A DNA stretch of 64,000 nt from Candidatus Saccharimonadota bacterium (GCA_028288965.1 JAQGHD010000008.1:22390-86389); one strand, 5' to 3'; positions 1-9,624 are shown, numbered from the stretch's first letter. Notes: generated by a model not told the origin, from the sequence alone. A program made the numbers and translations.

Positions 1-527
1 AAGTTTTGGGTGCGCCAGAGCTGGTACTAACGGATAAAGTTCCAAAACTGACGGTGGCTGAAATTCATGAAAAATACACCAAGGCTACCGGCACCGACAC
101 CACGGCGGAAAAAGACCTTATTCCAGACGAAGAAAAATGGATTTGTGAATACGCTAAAAAAGAGCTTGGATCAGACCTAGTGTATGCCACCAAGTTCCCG
201 GTGAGTGCTATGAAGTTTTATCATCAGGTAAACCCCGATGACCCCACCACTGTATTATGGGGAGATTTATTGTTCCGCGGCCTAGAGATTGCTACGGTTC
301 CCATGCGTGAATTCCATTACGACAAATTGGTTGAACAAATGAAAAAGGCTGGCCTGGATATTAATCACCCGGGCTATAAATATTACCTGCAAGCTTTTAA
401 ATATGGTTTACCACAGCATGGTGGCGCAGGCTATGGCATTGACCGCTTAGTAGAGAAAACGATTGGTCTGGGTAACGTCAAAGAAGCTACCTTGTTCCCG
501 CGCGACATCAACCGCCTGGCTCCATAA
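1..527 (+). CDS. aspS: aspartyl-tRNA synthetase, C-terminal part (5' end outside window)
   Basis: Class II aaRS motif-3 region GGAGYGIDRLVEKTIGLGNVKEATLFPRDINRLAP. The FPRD..RL.P ending is typical of archaeal/type-2 AspRS. Frame is open to the window edge. Confidence 0.75.
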   Translation, partial: VLGAPELVLTDKVPKLTVAEIHEKYTKATGTDTTAEKDLIPDEEKWICEYAKKELGSDLVYATKFPVSAMKFYHQVNPDDPTTVLWGDLLFRGLEIATVPMREFHYDKLVEQMKKAGLDINHPGYKYYLQAFKYGLPQHGGAGYGIDRLVEKTIGLGNVKEATLFPRDINRLAP

Positions 528-572
528 CGCTAACACTTGTCAATAAAATGTGTAGCTAGGTACAATGAACGT

Positions 573-1955
573 ATGTCAGAGCGAATCCTTACGGTGGGGA
601 ATATGGCTCGGGATGATATCATTGCCGAGCATCTAGGCGGCGCGGTTTTAAATGTTATGGCTGGACATTTGCATCCAGGCTTAGTGGAAAAAGTTAACAA
701 GACCGGTGGTCTATTTTATCAAACAACGAATATGAAAAATGGGGAGGTGGCCGCGGCCTTCGCCCAAGATGTTGATGCCACTCTGGCTATTGTGACTGGT
801 GATAATCAATTGGCGGCTAGGGTAGTTGATGCTCTCCAGGTAGCCAATCCTGGTCTGCTGATTGCGGCTCCCAATCGCGCCAGTTTTAAGCCAGAAGCCG
901 ATAAGTTAGAAACGCGCCTTATAAATGAAAAAATCTCTAAGCAACTAAACCACGACTTTAACCCTTTTTATATAGTAGCCAACAATCCCGCAGAAGTAGA
1001 AGAGGCCGCCGCCGAATTTGAGAGGCGGGGGTGGTCTATGGTGGTAAAACCTCGGGCACCAGCTGATGGCCGTGGCGTACAGGTGATGGGCAAGCAAGGA
1101 CATTTCCAAACCTACAGCGCTGGCGCAAAGTACGCCAAAGATGTATTGAAGCTGCCGGGGCAGCCCGGGGTTTTATTCGAAGAAGAATTACTTGGCCCAG
1201 AGTTTAACTTGCAGGGTTGGACCGATGGTCTCAATCTTTTGGCTCCCCCAGTGACGGTAGATTATCCGTATCGACTTGATGGTGATCAAGGTCCAGGCAC
1301 GGGTGGCATGGGCAGTTTTAATTTTGCGCCTGGTGAGCTGCCTGGTTTTCTAAAACCCGAAGATTATCAGCTGGCCATGCTGTATACACGGTGTTTCTTG
1401 CAAGAGATGCGCGACCGAGGTTTGGACTTTAAGGGCGTCATCTATCCCAATTTCAAATTGACCAAAGACGGCATTAAATCCATTGAGAACAACCTACGCC
1501 CTGGTGATCCAGAGTGGATGAATATTGTGACTAGCCTGGAGGCCCGATTGGATCACGTAGAACAGTACAAACGGATTGCTACGGGGCAGTTTCAACCGGA
1601 AAAGATCGGGTGGACTGGCCTAGCCTCAACGGTCATCTATGGGGTGGCTCCTACTTATGCCTTTGAGACCAGAAAGTTTAAACCCCACTACTTTATACTC
1701 AACCCCGATATTTTAACCTACTTCGGTGTTAAAGCTTATTTCTCGGCCGCTGAAAGGGTAACCGAAAACATGTTCGCTACAGTGAGCCAATCGCGGGCCG
1801 TAGCCTTAGTGGCTGCGGGGGATAAACCATGGGAAGCGCGAGCTCGAATCCTGGAGGCTATTATGGCTAGGGGAATGACTGGCGAGCTAGAGTATCGCCT
1901 GCAAATTGGCGAGGAGGCCTATATTGAATCGCTTCAAGACCCGCGCGCTGCCTAA
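573..1955 (+). CDS. divergent phosphoribosylamine-glycine ligase (PurD)-like ATP-grasp enzyme
   Basis: PurD-like blocks: VVKPRAPADGRGVQV, DYPYRLDGDQGPGTGGMGSF (cf. DHKR..DGD.GPNTGGMG), NLRPGDPEWMNI (cf. NxRFGDPE). ATG at 573 preferred over the TTG at 537. Confidence 0.6.
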   Translation: MSERILTVGNMARDDIIAEHLGGAVLNVMAGHLHPGLVEKVNKTGGLFYQTTNMKNGEVAAAFAQDVDATLAIVTGDNQLAARVVDALQVANPGLLIAAPNRASFKPEADKLETRLINEKISKQLNHDFNPFYIVANNPAEVEEAAAEFERRGWSMVVKPRAPADGRGVQVMGKQGHFQTYSAGAKYAKDVLKLPGQPGVLFEEELLGPEFNLQGWTDGLNLLAPPVTVDYPYRLDGDQGPGTGGMGSFNFAPGELPGFLKPEDYQLAMLYTRCFLQEMRDRGLDFKGVIYPNFKLTKDGIKSIENNLRPGDPEWMNIVTSLEARLDHVEQYKRIATGQFQPEKIGWTGLASTVIYGVAPTYAFETRKFKPHYFILNPDILTYFGVKAYFSAAERVTENMFATVSQSRAVALVAAGDKPWEARARILEAIMARGMTGELEYRLQIGEEAYIESLQDPRAA

Positions 1956-2004
1956 AAAACAATGAAGCTTGACGCGTTAAGTATCAAAGAGTACATTGAT
2001 TTGT

Positions 2005-2991
2005 ATGAGTCTAGCCTTTGAGGTCAAAAATCTAGCTAAACACTACGGCAATGTGAAAGCCCTAGACGGGGTGACGCTGGAGGCTAAAGAAGGCAGCATA
2101 TTTGGGCTGCTTGGCCCCAACGGTGCCGGTAAGACTACCCTAGTCCGAGCCCTCAGCACCTTGCTTGAACCAGATAAAGGCTCAGCCAAAGTGCTAGGCA
2201 TAGATGTTATCAAAAACCCGCAGCGAGTGCGTGAGGTCATTGGTTTGGCCGGACAATTTGCCGCAGTGGATGAGTATCTAACCGGTGAAGAAAATCTATA
2301 TATGGTGGGCCGGCTGTATCACCTGAGTGCGAAAGAAACCAAACAGCGCACCAAAGAATTGCTAGAGCGTTTGAACTTAGCTGACGCCGCCAAACGCCAG
2401 GTCCGCACCTATTCAGGCGGGATGCGCCGCCGCTTAGATCTCGGCGCTTGCCTGGTGGGCCGGCCCAAAATTTTATTTTTAGATGAGCCAACCACCGGCT
2501 TGGATCCGCGTACTCGCTTGGATTTATGGGAAATTATTCGTGATTTAGTGTCGCAGGGCACCAGCATTTTGCTCACCACTCAGTATCTGGAAGAAGCTGA
2601 CGTACTGGCCGATAAAATTGCTGTGATTGACCGGGGTAAGGTGATTGCCGAAGGTACATCGGCCAAACTAAAGGCGATGTTGGGTGGTGACGTTATTGAA
2701 ATCCAGCTGGAGAGCGAGCGCGATCGCCAAAAAGCCGAACAAGCCATAAAGGGCATCGCCAAAAAGGCTTCCAGCTACGATGAAGCCACCAAAACCCTAA
2801 CTATCCCTGTTGGTAGCGATGGCTCCAAGAGTTTAGCCGAAGTGGTGCGCAGCCTAGACAGAGCCAAGGTGCCAATTCATGCTCTGGCCTTGCACCAACC
2901 GTCCCTTGATGACGTGTTCTTAACGCTGACTGGTGCCAAAGCTTCCGAGGTAGCGACCGATGCCAAGCCTAAAAGAAAGCGAGCCGCCTGA
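2005..2991 (+). CDS. ABC transporter ATP-binding protein (DrrA/ABC-2 type)
   Basis: Walker A GPNGAGKTT, signature YSGGMRRRL, Walker B ILFLDEPTTGLD. Confidence 0.85.
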   Translation: MSLAFEVKNLAKHYGNVKALDGVTLEAKEGSIFGLLGPNGAGKTTLVRALSTLLEPDKGSAKVLGIDVIKNPQRVREVIGLAGQFAAVDEYLTGEENLYMVGRLYHLSAKETKQRTKELLERLNLADAAKRQVRTYSGGMRRRLDLGACLVGRPKILFLDEPTTGLDPRTRLDLWEIIRDLVSQGTSILLTTQYLEEADVLADKIAVIDRGKVIAEGTSAKLKAMLGGDVIEIQLESERDRQKAEQAIKGIAKKASSYDEATKTLTIPVGSDGSKSLAEVVRSLDRAKVPIHALALHQPSLDDVFLTLTGAKASEVATDAKPKRKRAA

Positions 2992-2992
2992 A

Positions 2993-3781
2993 ATGACTCT
3001 AACAAAAAAACTGAGCTATGAATTCAGCGACACCTGGGCAGTGGCCAAGCGTAATTTGCTGCGCTACACTCGCCTGCCGCAGCTGGTGTTTTTCTCAGCC
3101 ATTCAGCCGATTATTTTCTTAACACTGTTCAACTTTGTTTTTGGCGGGGCGCTGGGCAAATCCGGGGCGGCTCTGCATGGTAAGTACATCAATTACCTAC
3201 TGCCGGGCATTATGGTGCAGGTTACCCTGTTTGGCGGCCTGCAAACCGGCATAGGCTTGGCCCGTGATATTAACAGTGGCATACTGGACCGCTTCCGCAG
3301 CCTGCCGATGAGCCGCGCTGCCGTACTAGCCGGCCGCACTTTTGCCGATACGTTGCGCAATGTGGTGGTGATTGCCATTATGCTGGCCTATGGTTCAATC
3401 TTAGGTTTTCGCTTTACTAATGGCTTTTTCCCAGCCGTGGGCATGGTCTTAATCTTACTGTTGTTTGGCTACGCTTTTTCGTGGTTCTCGGCTTTTATTG
3501 GCATGGCTGTTAAGGATGAAGAAACGGCGCAGTTGGCGGGCTTTGTATTAGTCTTTCCACTGGTGTTTGCCAGTGCGGCTTTTGTACCGGTCCAAAGTAT
3601 GGCCACTTGGCTGCAGCACTTTGCTAATAATCAGCCGATTACGTTTGCTGCCAATGGAGCGCGTGAACTAGCTCTCGGTATTCCCAGTCATGGAGCGGTC
3701 TGGAAACTATTGGCCTGGGTGGTAGGCCTGCTGGTCGTGTTTGTGCCCCTGTCTATCTGGCGCTACAAAAAGAGCGTCTAA
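2993..3781 (+). CDS. ABC-2 type transporter permease
   Basis: Starts 2 nt after the ATPase stop. About 6 hydrophobic helices, DrrB-like layout. Confidence 0.75.
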   Translation: MTLTKKLSYEFSDTWAVAKRNLLRYTRLPQLVFFSAIQPIIFLTLFNFVFGGALGKSGAALHGKYINYLLPGIMVQVTLFGGLQTGIGLARDINSGILDRFRSLPMSRAAVLAGRTFADTLRNVVVIAIMLAYGSILGFRFTNGFFPAVGMVLILLLFGYAFSWFSAFIGMAVKDEETAQLAGFVLVFPLVFASAAFVPVQSMATWLQHFANNQPITFAANGARELALGIPSHGAVWKLLAWVVGLLVVFVPLSIWRYKKSV

Positions 3782-4026
3782 AGTTCTGGAAGTGTTTGGG
3801 TAGTCCGCGACTCGTGCATGGAAACACTGCCGATAGTTCTCGGGGTGTGGGTACGATGGCGACTTAATGGCGACTCGTTGCCAATAGGCATTCGGGACCC
3901 GACTTCAATGGGCGTCGGATCATCGTGTTTGGGTAGCGTTGACTCATAATTTTGGTAGGCTGCCAATGCCTCATCTATTGACCGTATAACATCTGTTTCT
4001 GTTGATTTCTCTCCTAACATGCCCAA
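3778..4026 (-). CDS. hypothetical protein (82 aa)
   Basis: ORF with AAGGAG 7 nt upstream of the ATG. No recognisable motif. Confidence 0.35.
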   Translation of the reverse strand: MGMLGEKSTETDVIRSIDEALAAYQNYESTLPKHDDPTPIEVGSRMPIGNESPLSRHRTHTPRTIGSVSMHESRTTQTLPEL

Positions 4027-4285
4027 TCTCCTTATATTTAAAAGCCTCCCCTTTGTGAGGTGGGGGAGGCGCTTTGCTTTTTTGCTTTTTGTCGCTATTT
4101 TTCTAGCAAACCTAAAGCATCCTCCCCTTTTTGCATGAGAGCAATGTGCACATTTGTTTTATTGTTTACCCGTGCATAGGTTGCCATGCATTTCAGGTTA
4201 CGCTTATCGGACTAGCGCGTCAACCCATTTATACACAAGCTGACCTAAATGTGATGTAATATAGCTATAAATTTAAGGTGGAACT

Positions 4286-4837
4286 ATGGATGAATCGCGA
4301 GAAGGTCTACCCTCACCCGAAATCGAATCGGAAAGCGAAAGCCTTCGCTGGGTAGAATTGACGCGCGAAAGGGCTCAATTGTATTTCTTGCTGGGCTATG
4401 TAAATAGGTCCAAGCTTGGCCAACATTACGAATCACTGGAGGGCGAATTTAGTAACTATACTGACTTCTGTAATGATCTAGATGAGCCGCGTGACCCAAA
4501 TAGGCGGCGATTTGTTATTATTGACGATAAGCGCAAAGGCGATGTCATTGGTGGCGGAAACATTCGGCTGACAGAGGAGGACTCGCAAACTGCATCAATT
4601 GATATCTGGTTAGCCGCCCATATTCCGTTTGTTAAGAAAGGCGTGCCAGTGCTAAGAGTAGCCTGCCAGTACGCCACCGAACAACTAGGCGTCACCAAGC
4701 TATACGCTGACATAAAAAGCATCAATAGACTTTACTGCAAAATTTATAAAGACGCTGGCTTTTCCCAAGATGAAGAAGCGGACTCTATTTATCAATTTGT
4801 GTTTATCCTGGATGCTCCTACTTTACCGCCTGGTTAG
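4286..4837 (+). CDS. GNAT-family N-acetyltransferase-like protein
   Basis: C-terminal half has GNAT-like topology (IDIWLAAH...FVKKGVPVLRVACQYATEQLGVTKLYADI...NRLYCKIYKDAGF). RBS AAGGTGG. Confidence 0.45.
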   Translation: MDESREGLPSPEIESESESLRWVELTRERAQLYFLLGYVNRSKLGQHYESLEGEFSNYTDFCNDLDEPRDPNRRRFVIIDDKRKGDVIGGGNIRLTEEDSQTASIDIWLAAHIPFVKKGVPVLRVACQYATEQLGVTKLYADIKSINRLYCKIYKDAGFSQDEEADSIYQFVFILDAPTLPPG

Positions 4838-4887
4838 GCCCTGAAAATCAGGCCTTTTTCTGCTACACTTAAGCGTAAGCAGGAATT

Positions 4888-6813
4888 ATGAAACATAAAG
4901 CTGAAGATAATGCTCACTTTGATAAAGAGGCCGAGCTGACCGAGAAGGTCGAAAAATTATTGGGCCCCACGCCAGAAAAAGCGCCGGCCAAAAGCATTGC
5001 CATCAATCATATTACCGACGGGGACTCTGCGCCCGGTGCACCGGCCGTTGGTACAGATAGCCCTGAGCCTGCTCCCGCAGCTCAGCCGGTTGAGGTGCCG
5101 CCAAAAGACCAGACCAAAACTGATGAAGATCAAGCTATTGATGACATAGCAGCCAAAGATGCCGATGAGCTGCTGGAGGCCGAGGATAAAGAAAAACAAG
5201 AAGTCGAAAAAGCTTTTGATGGTAAAAAGAAAGATTTCAAGACCAAGCTAAAGGATTTTTTCTCCAACTGGTGGAATAATCCCAAATATCGTTGGGCTAC
5301 CATTGCCGCCCTGGCCTTACTGATAATAACCGTCCTTGGCTTGCCGTGGAGCCGCTACTTTGTTTTGAATACCGCCGGTGTACGCAGTAGTGCGTCGATC
5401 ATAATCCTGGACGATTCAACCAAGCTGCCGCTTAAGAATGTCAGCGTCACCTTTGGCAAGCAAAGCGCTTTAACCGACAGTGATGGTAAGGCTACGCTCA
5501 CGCACCTACGGCTTGGAAGCCAACAAGGCACTATACAAAAGCGGGCCTTTGCTCCGATTAGTAAAAAAGTAATAGTTGGCTGGGGCAGCAATCCGCTGGG
5601 CAATCTGAGCTTGACTCCAGTTGGTGCCCAATACGCTTTTCTAGTAACTGATTGGCTGTCTGGCAAGCCGATTGAGGGAGCCGAGGCCAGCGCCAACGAA
5701 GCTAACGCCTTGTCTGACAAAAACGGCAAGATTCTGCTGACCCTGGATAAAAATGATGCTTCTGATGCAACGGTCAACATCAAAGCCGATACCTATCGAG
5801 ACGAACAGGCGCATATTTCTGCCAGCACTACCGGACAGCAAGCTGTCAAGATGGTGTCGGGTCACAAACACGCTTTTGTATCCAAGCGCTCCGGTAAATA
5901 CGATGTTTATAAAATTGATGCCGATGGTCAGCACGAAGAGGTAGCTTTAGCGGGTACCGGTTTAGAGCGTAATGACATTACTTTAATTGCTAACCCCAAT
6001 GCTAACGTTGCCGCCCTGGTCTCGACTCGTGACAATGTTCGCAACAAAGACGGCTACTTGTTAAGTACCCTAACCATGATCAATTTAGATGATAATCAAA
6101 CCACACGCGTGGTACAGTCCGAGCGCATTCAGTTGGTCAACTGGGTTGGCGATAAACTGGTCTATGCACAGATTGCTGCCAGTGCTAGTGCGGCTAACCC
6201 GCATCGGTACCGCTTGGTGGCCTACGACTACAAAAAGCCTGAGGCCAAGGAACTGGCGGCTAGCAATTACTTCAATGATGTCATGGTACTGGGCGGTAAT
6301 GTTTATTACGCTCCGTCTTCTTCGTACGGAAACATGCCGCACGAGAATTTCTACAAAATTAATACCGATGGCACGGGCAAACAAACAATTTTGGATCAAG
6401 AAGTCTGGAACATCTTTAGGGCTGACTACGACAAACTGGTGCTGTCTATGGATAATGCTTGGTACGAATACAAACTCAACGGCAAACCAACCAAATTAGC
6501 TGGCGAACCGGCCAGTACCCAAAACCGGGTCTACGTCGATAGTCCAGATGGTAAGTACAGTGTCTGGATAGATACTCGCGACGGCAAAGGTGTGCTAATT
6601 CTCTATGACACAAAAAGCAAAACCGAAAAAGTTATTCGCAGCCAAAGCGGTTTGCGTAATCCAATTCACTGGCTAAGTAATAACACCTTGGTTTACCGTA
6701 TTAATACTGATCAAGAAACAGCTGATTACGTCCTTAATATAGATGGCGGCGAGCCGCACAAGATTAAAGATGTGACCAATACCACTGGCATTGATCAGTG
6801 GTATTACTACTAA
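4888..6813 (+). CDS. membrane-anchored protein with CarboxypepD_reg-like and PD40/TolB-like beta-propeller repeats
   Basis: Acidic N-terminus, then one TM (WATIAALALLIITVLGL). Ig-like segment IIILDDSTKLPLKNVSVTFGKQSALTDSDGKATL. PD40-like SPDGKYSVWIDTRDGKGVLILYD. Confidence 0.5.
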   Translation: MKHKAEDNAHFDKEAELTEKVEKLLGPTPEKAPAKSIAINHITDGDSAPGAPAVGTDSPEPAPAAQPVEVPPKDQTKTDEDQAIDDIAAKDADELLEAEDKEKQEVEKAFDGKKKDFKTKLKDFFSNWWNNPKYRWATIAALALLIITVLGLPWSRYFVLNTAGVRSSASIIILDDSTKLPLKNVSVTFGKQSALTDSDGKATLTHLRLGSQQGTIQKRAFAPISKKVIVGWGSNPLGNLSLTPVGAQYAFLVTDWLSGKPIEGAEASANEANALSDKNGKILLTLDKNDASDATVNIKADTYRDEQAHISASTTGQQAVKMVSGHKHAFVSKRSGKYDVYKIDADGQHEEVALAGTGLERNDITLIANPNANVAALVSTRDNVRNKDGYLLSTLTMINLDDNQTTRVVQSERIQLVNWVGDKLVYAQIAASASAANPHRYRLVAYDYKKPEAKELAASNYFNDVMVLGGNVYYAPSSSYGNMPHENFYKINTDGTGKQTILDQEVWNIFRADYDKLVLSMDNAWYEYKLNGKPTKLAGEPASTQNRVYVDSPDGKYSVWIDTRDGKGVLILYDTKSKTEKVIRSQSGLRNPIHWLSNNTLVYRINTDQETADYVLNIDGGEPHKIKDVTNTTGIDQWYYY

Positions 6814-6967
6814 CTTTTGAGAGGTGAGTATCGCCTCTGCGGGCTACTGCAGACCTAAATCTTGCTCATGCTCGTAGCTTGAGTGGTTAGCCAGAAAAAG
6901 TCACTTTGCCGGCTCATAACTGAGGAGTCGGGGACTGTTTGCACAAACATGTCTTATACTAAATGCT

Positions 6968-7201
6968 ATGTGGCAAGAAAAAGATAAAGCGTTGGTGCGG
7001 GAATTTAAGTTTGCTGACTTTAAGTCGGCTCTTGGATTTGTAAACAAAGTAGGCGAGCTGGCTGAGGCCGCTAATCATCATCCTGATATTCAACTGGGTT
7101 GGGGTAAGGTAGTGATAACGCTGACAACGCATAGTGAGGGTGGGGTAACCGATAAAGACAGGCAATTAGCGGAGAAGATTGATGGCCTCTGGCAAGCATA
7201 A
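6968..7201 (+). CDS. phhB: pterin-4-alpha-carbinolamine dehydratase (PCD/DCoH)
   Basis: Signature AEAANHHPDIQLGWGKVVITLTTHSEGGVTDKD. Confidence 0.8.
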   Translation: MWQEKDKALVREFKFADFKSALGFVNKVGELAEAANHHPDIQLGWGKVVITLTTHSEGGVTDKDRQLAEKIDGLWQA

Positions 7202-7406
7202 ATGGTTTATGAAAGTTCGCGGATCGTACCTGCCTAGTAGCGCTGTTGGCTGGCTAACATATATTCCATACACGGCCTATCTTGTAGGTGTTTTGGTGTT
7301 TGTGCTGAACCAATCATATAGCTTCTGGCACGGCTTGTTTATTGTTTTGCCTAACTGGATTGCCGCCGTGGCGGTCATGAATTACCTAGCTGCTCGCAAA
7401 TCATAA
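7179..7406 (+). CDS. small membrane protein (75 aa, 2 TM)
   Basis: Hydrophobic ORF overlapping the phhB end. No motif recognised. Confidence 0.35.
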   Translation: MMASGKHKWFMKVRGSYLPSSAVGWLTYIPYTAYLVGVLVFVLNQSYSFWHGLFIVLPNWIAAVAVMNYLAARKS

Positions 7407-7409
7407 TCT

Positions 7410-8279
7410 ATGGTCAGTATGACTGCATTCCAAAAAACGGTTTGGGAATATTACGGCGCGCATGGTCGAGATTTGCCGTGGCGCCACCCCGAACCAGGGG
7501 GCAACTTTGAGGCATATAAAATAATAGTGAGCGAGATCATGCTCCAGCAAACGCAAGTCAGTAGGGTTGTCCCAAAATATCACCAATTCTTGGAGCGCTT
7601 TCCAAATGTCGGCACACTAGCTCGAGCCACGCTTGGCGATGTATTAAAAGTCTGGAGCGGCTTGGGCTACAACCGGCGAGCCAAGTTTTTGCACATGGCA
7701 GCTAAAAGTTTAGCCACCATGCCAGAGCCATGGCCCGCCGAAGAACTGATTAAATTGCCGGGTATTGGCAAAAACACTGCTGGCGCGGTCACGGTTTATG
7801 CCTACAATCAACCAGCGGTGTTTGTAGAAACAAACATCCGCACCGTGTTCATCCATCATTTTTTTAAGGACTATCCTCAAGTGAGTGATTCGCAAATACT
7901 TGAATATGTGCTCAAAACCTTGCCACTACAAGAAGAGCAGCCCGGGCAGCGGATTCATTCCGCTCTGGGCGCGATGAAAAACCCGCCCGGGGTTTCTGGC
8001 TACCGGGAGTGGTACTGGGCGCTGATGGACTACGGGGCTTACCTTAAGGCAACCGTTGGCACGTATAGCCAGGTGGCCAAAGCATTTACTAAGCAATCGA
8101 GTTTTGTTGGATCCAAGCGGCAACTACGCGGCCAAGTAATTAAACTATTAACCGAGCAAGCTATCGACACCACTCGTCTCGTAGAGCTATTACCAGACAC
8201 TCGTCTCCAACAAGTACTGGCCGAGCTGGAGGCCGAAGGGTTTGTCAGGCGCAAAAACCAGCAGTATAGCCTCACGTAG
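7410..8279 (+). CDS. HhH-GPD DNA glycosylase, MutY-like, lacking the Fe-S cluster cysteines
   Basis: SEIMLQQTQV, helix-hairpin-helix LPGIGKNTAGAV, VETNIRTV, catalytic-Asp block WALMDYGA. No Cys in the region where MutY/Nth carry C-x6-C-x2-C-x5-C. Confidence 0.7.
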   Translation: MVSMTAFQKTVWEYYGAHGRDLPWRHPEPGGNFEAYKIIVSEIMLQQTQVSRVVPKYHQFLERFPNVGTLARATLGDVLKVWSGLGYNRRAKFLHMAAKSLATMPEPWPAEELIKLPGIGKNTAGAVTVYAYNQPAVFVETNIRTVFIHHFFKDYPQVSDSQILEYVLKTLPLQEEQPGQRIHSALGAMKNPPGVSGYREWYWALMDYGAYLKATVGTYSQVAKAFTKQSSFVGSKRQLRGQVIKLLTEQAIDTTRLVELLPDTRLQQVLAELEAEGFVRRKNQQYSLT

Positions 8280-8317
8280 CTTATGCTAAAATATTTCTCA
8301 GAGGGAACTTTATTGTC

Positions 8318-8986
8318 ATGACACGAAATCGAATAAAAATGATACTGAGCGCCAGCCTACTGGCACCATTGCTGTTTATTGGCAGTGCGGCAGCGCTTGA
8401 ATCAAGTACTAATCCAAATACTGGCTCGTCTGATGCGAGCCATACCCCTGTGGTGCCCCCCACAACTGATAAGAAAACTCTAGATCAACGCATTGCCGAG
8501 CGGGAAACTCAGTTTAAAACCACGCTGCAAGTGACCGAAAAAGCTCGCATTGAACTTAAGTGTACCGGAGCGCAAACTTTCTTAAAGACTATTGATACTC
8601 GAGCTGGCGAGATTGAGACCAATCGTACCAAGGCCTATAGTGGGCTGCAATCTAAACTGACAGACCTCGTTGCTAAACTTAAGGCTCAAAACATCGATAC
8701 CACCAAACTGGAGTCCGAGCTGACTGCGCTCAAGATCAAGGTTACTACCTTTAACACTGATCTGGCGGCCTACAAACAAGCCCTGAATGATCTTTCAACT
8801 ATGAGCTGTAAAACTAATCCAACTGGCTTCAAGGCCTCGCTCGAGAGTGCCCGGGCCGCCCGAGTTAAGGTGGCTGACGACGCCGCTGCTATTCACGGCT
8901 ATGTAAAAGATACTATTAAGCCGACCCTGACTGATGTTCGTAAGGCCTTAGAGGACAAAAAGGCTGCAGAGGGGAGTAATCAATAA
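8318..8986 (+). CDS. secreted coiled-coil protein
   Basis: Signal-peptide-like N-terminus (ILSASLLAPLLFIGSAAALE), then a helical repeat-rich sequence. Confidence 0.5.
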   Translation: MTRNRIKMILSASLLAPLLFIGSAAALESSTNPNTGSSDASHTPVVPPTTDKKTLDQRIAERETQFKTTLQVTEKARIELKCTGAQTFLKTIDTRAGEIETNRTKAYSGLQSKLTDLVAKLKAQNIDTTKLESELTALKIKVTTFNTDLAAYKQALNDLSTMSCKTNPTGFKASLESARAARVKVADDAAAIHGYVKDTIKPTLTDVRKALEDKKAAEGSNQ

Positions 8987-9624
8987 TGGACCCCATGCTT
9001 CACAACTCAGCTACGCCTACTGACCAACCAGATGCTCAGGCACCCCTTGAACTGACACCTCCTGTGCCAACTCAAGCAGAAGTTTCCACAGCAGTTGAAC
9101 CCGCGGTTTCCGTTGAGCCTACAACTCCGGTTGAACCCCCAGCACCAGTTGCTGAACCCTCTGACGTAGGAGCGCCAGTTGAAAATACTTTATCCCCAGA
9201 GCCCCAAACACCGGCCGCCGAGCCATTAGCTCCACCACCGGATGCCGTTGTTCCGGCGCCGACAACCGACGTCTCAGCACTAGCTGATCAACCTGCGCAT
9301 GACGCTGATCACGCTGATACACCACCAGCCTTGCCAAAACACGGCGGTACGCCGGTAGCAGCGGTTGTGGTGGCTATCATCATCGCTCTAGTACTAGCAG
9401 CACTCACCATCTTTGCCTACCTAAAAAACAAGAGTACCACTACCACCAAAACCCCCAATGCACCATCTGCGGCCCAAAGTACTACTACCGCTCAAGCCAC
9501 GCCCAAAGCGACCACAGCCGACGTTGATCAAACCAGTAGCACGCTGGATAGCACCCTCAGCAGCTTAGATGACACCAAGGATTTTGCAGCCGCTAGCCTG
9601 ACCGACACCTCCCTCGGCTTGTAA
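8986..9624 (+). CDS. proline-rich single-pass membrane protein
   Basis: Start overlaps the upstream stop (ATAATG). P/A/E-rich N-terminus, TM VAAVVVAIIIALVLAALTIFAYL, S/T-rich tail. Confidence 0.45.
   Translation: MDPMLHNSATPTDQPDAQAPLELTPPVPTQAEVSTAVEPAVSVEPTTPVEPPAPVAEPSDVGAPVENTLSPEPQTPAAEPLAPPPDAVVPAPTTDVSALADQPAHDADHADTPPALPKHGGTPVAAVVVAIIIALVLAALTIFAYLKNKSTTTTKTPNAPSAAQSTTTAQATPKATTADVDQTSSTLDSTLSSLDDTKDFAAASLTDTSLGL

Noticed and set aside
5355-6499. Antisense or alternate-frame ORFs (up to 142 aa) within gene 4888-6813
   Set aside because: The 641-aa plus-strand frame is continuous with recognisable repeat domains, and the others lack SDs and motifs.
6850-6935. tRNA-like fragments (GTAGCTTGAGTGGTTAGC and GGCTCATAAC) suggesting a fourth CAU tRNA or pseudogene
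   Set aside because: No acceptor stem, anticodon stem or T-arm can be paired, and the spacing between the D-like and anticodon-like pieces is too long. I treat it as chance resemblance or at best a decayed fragment.
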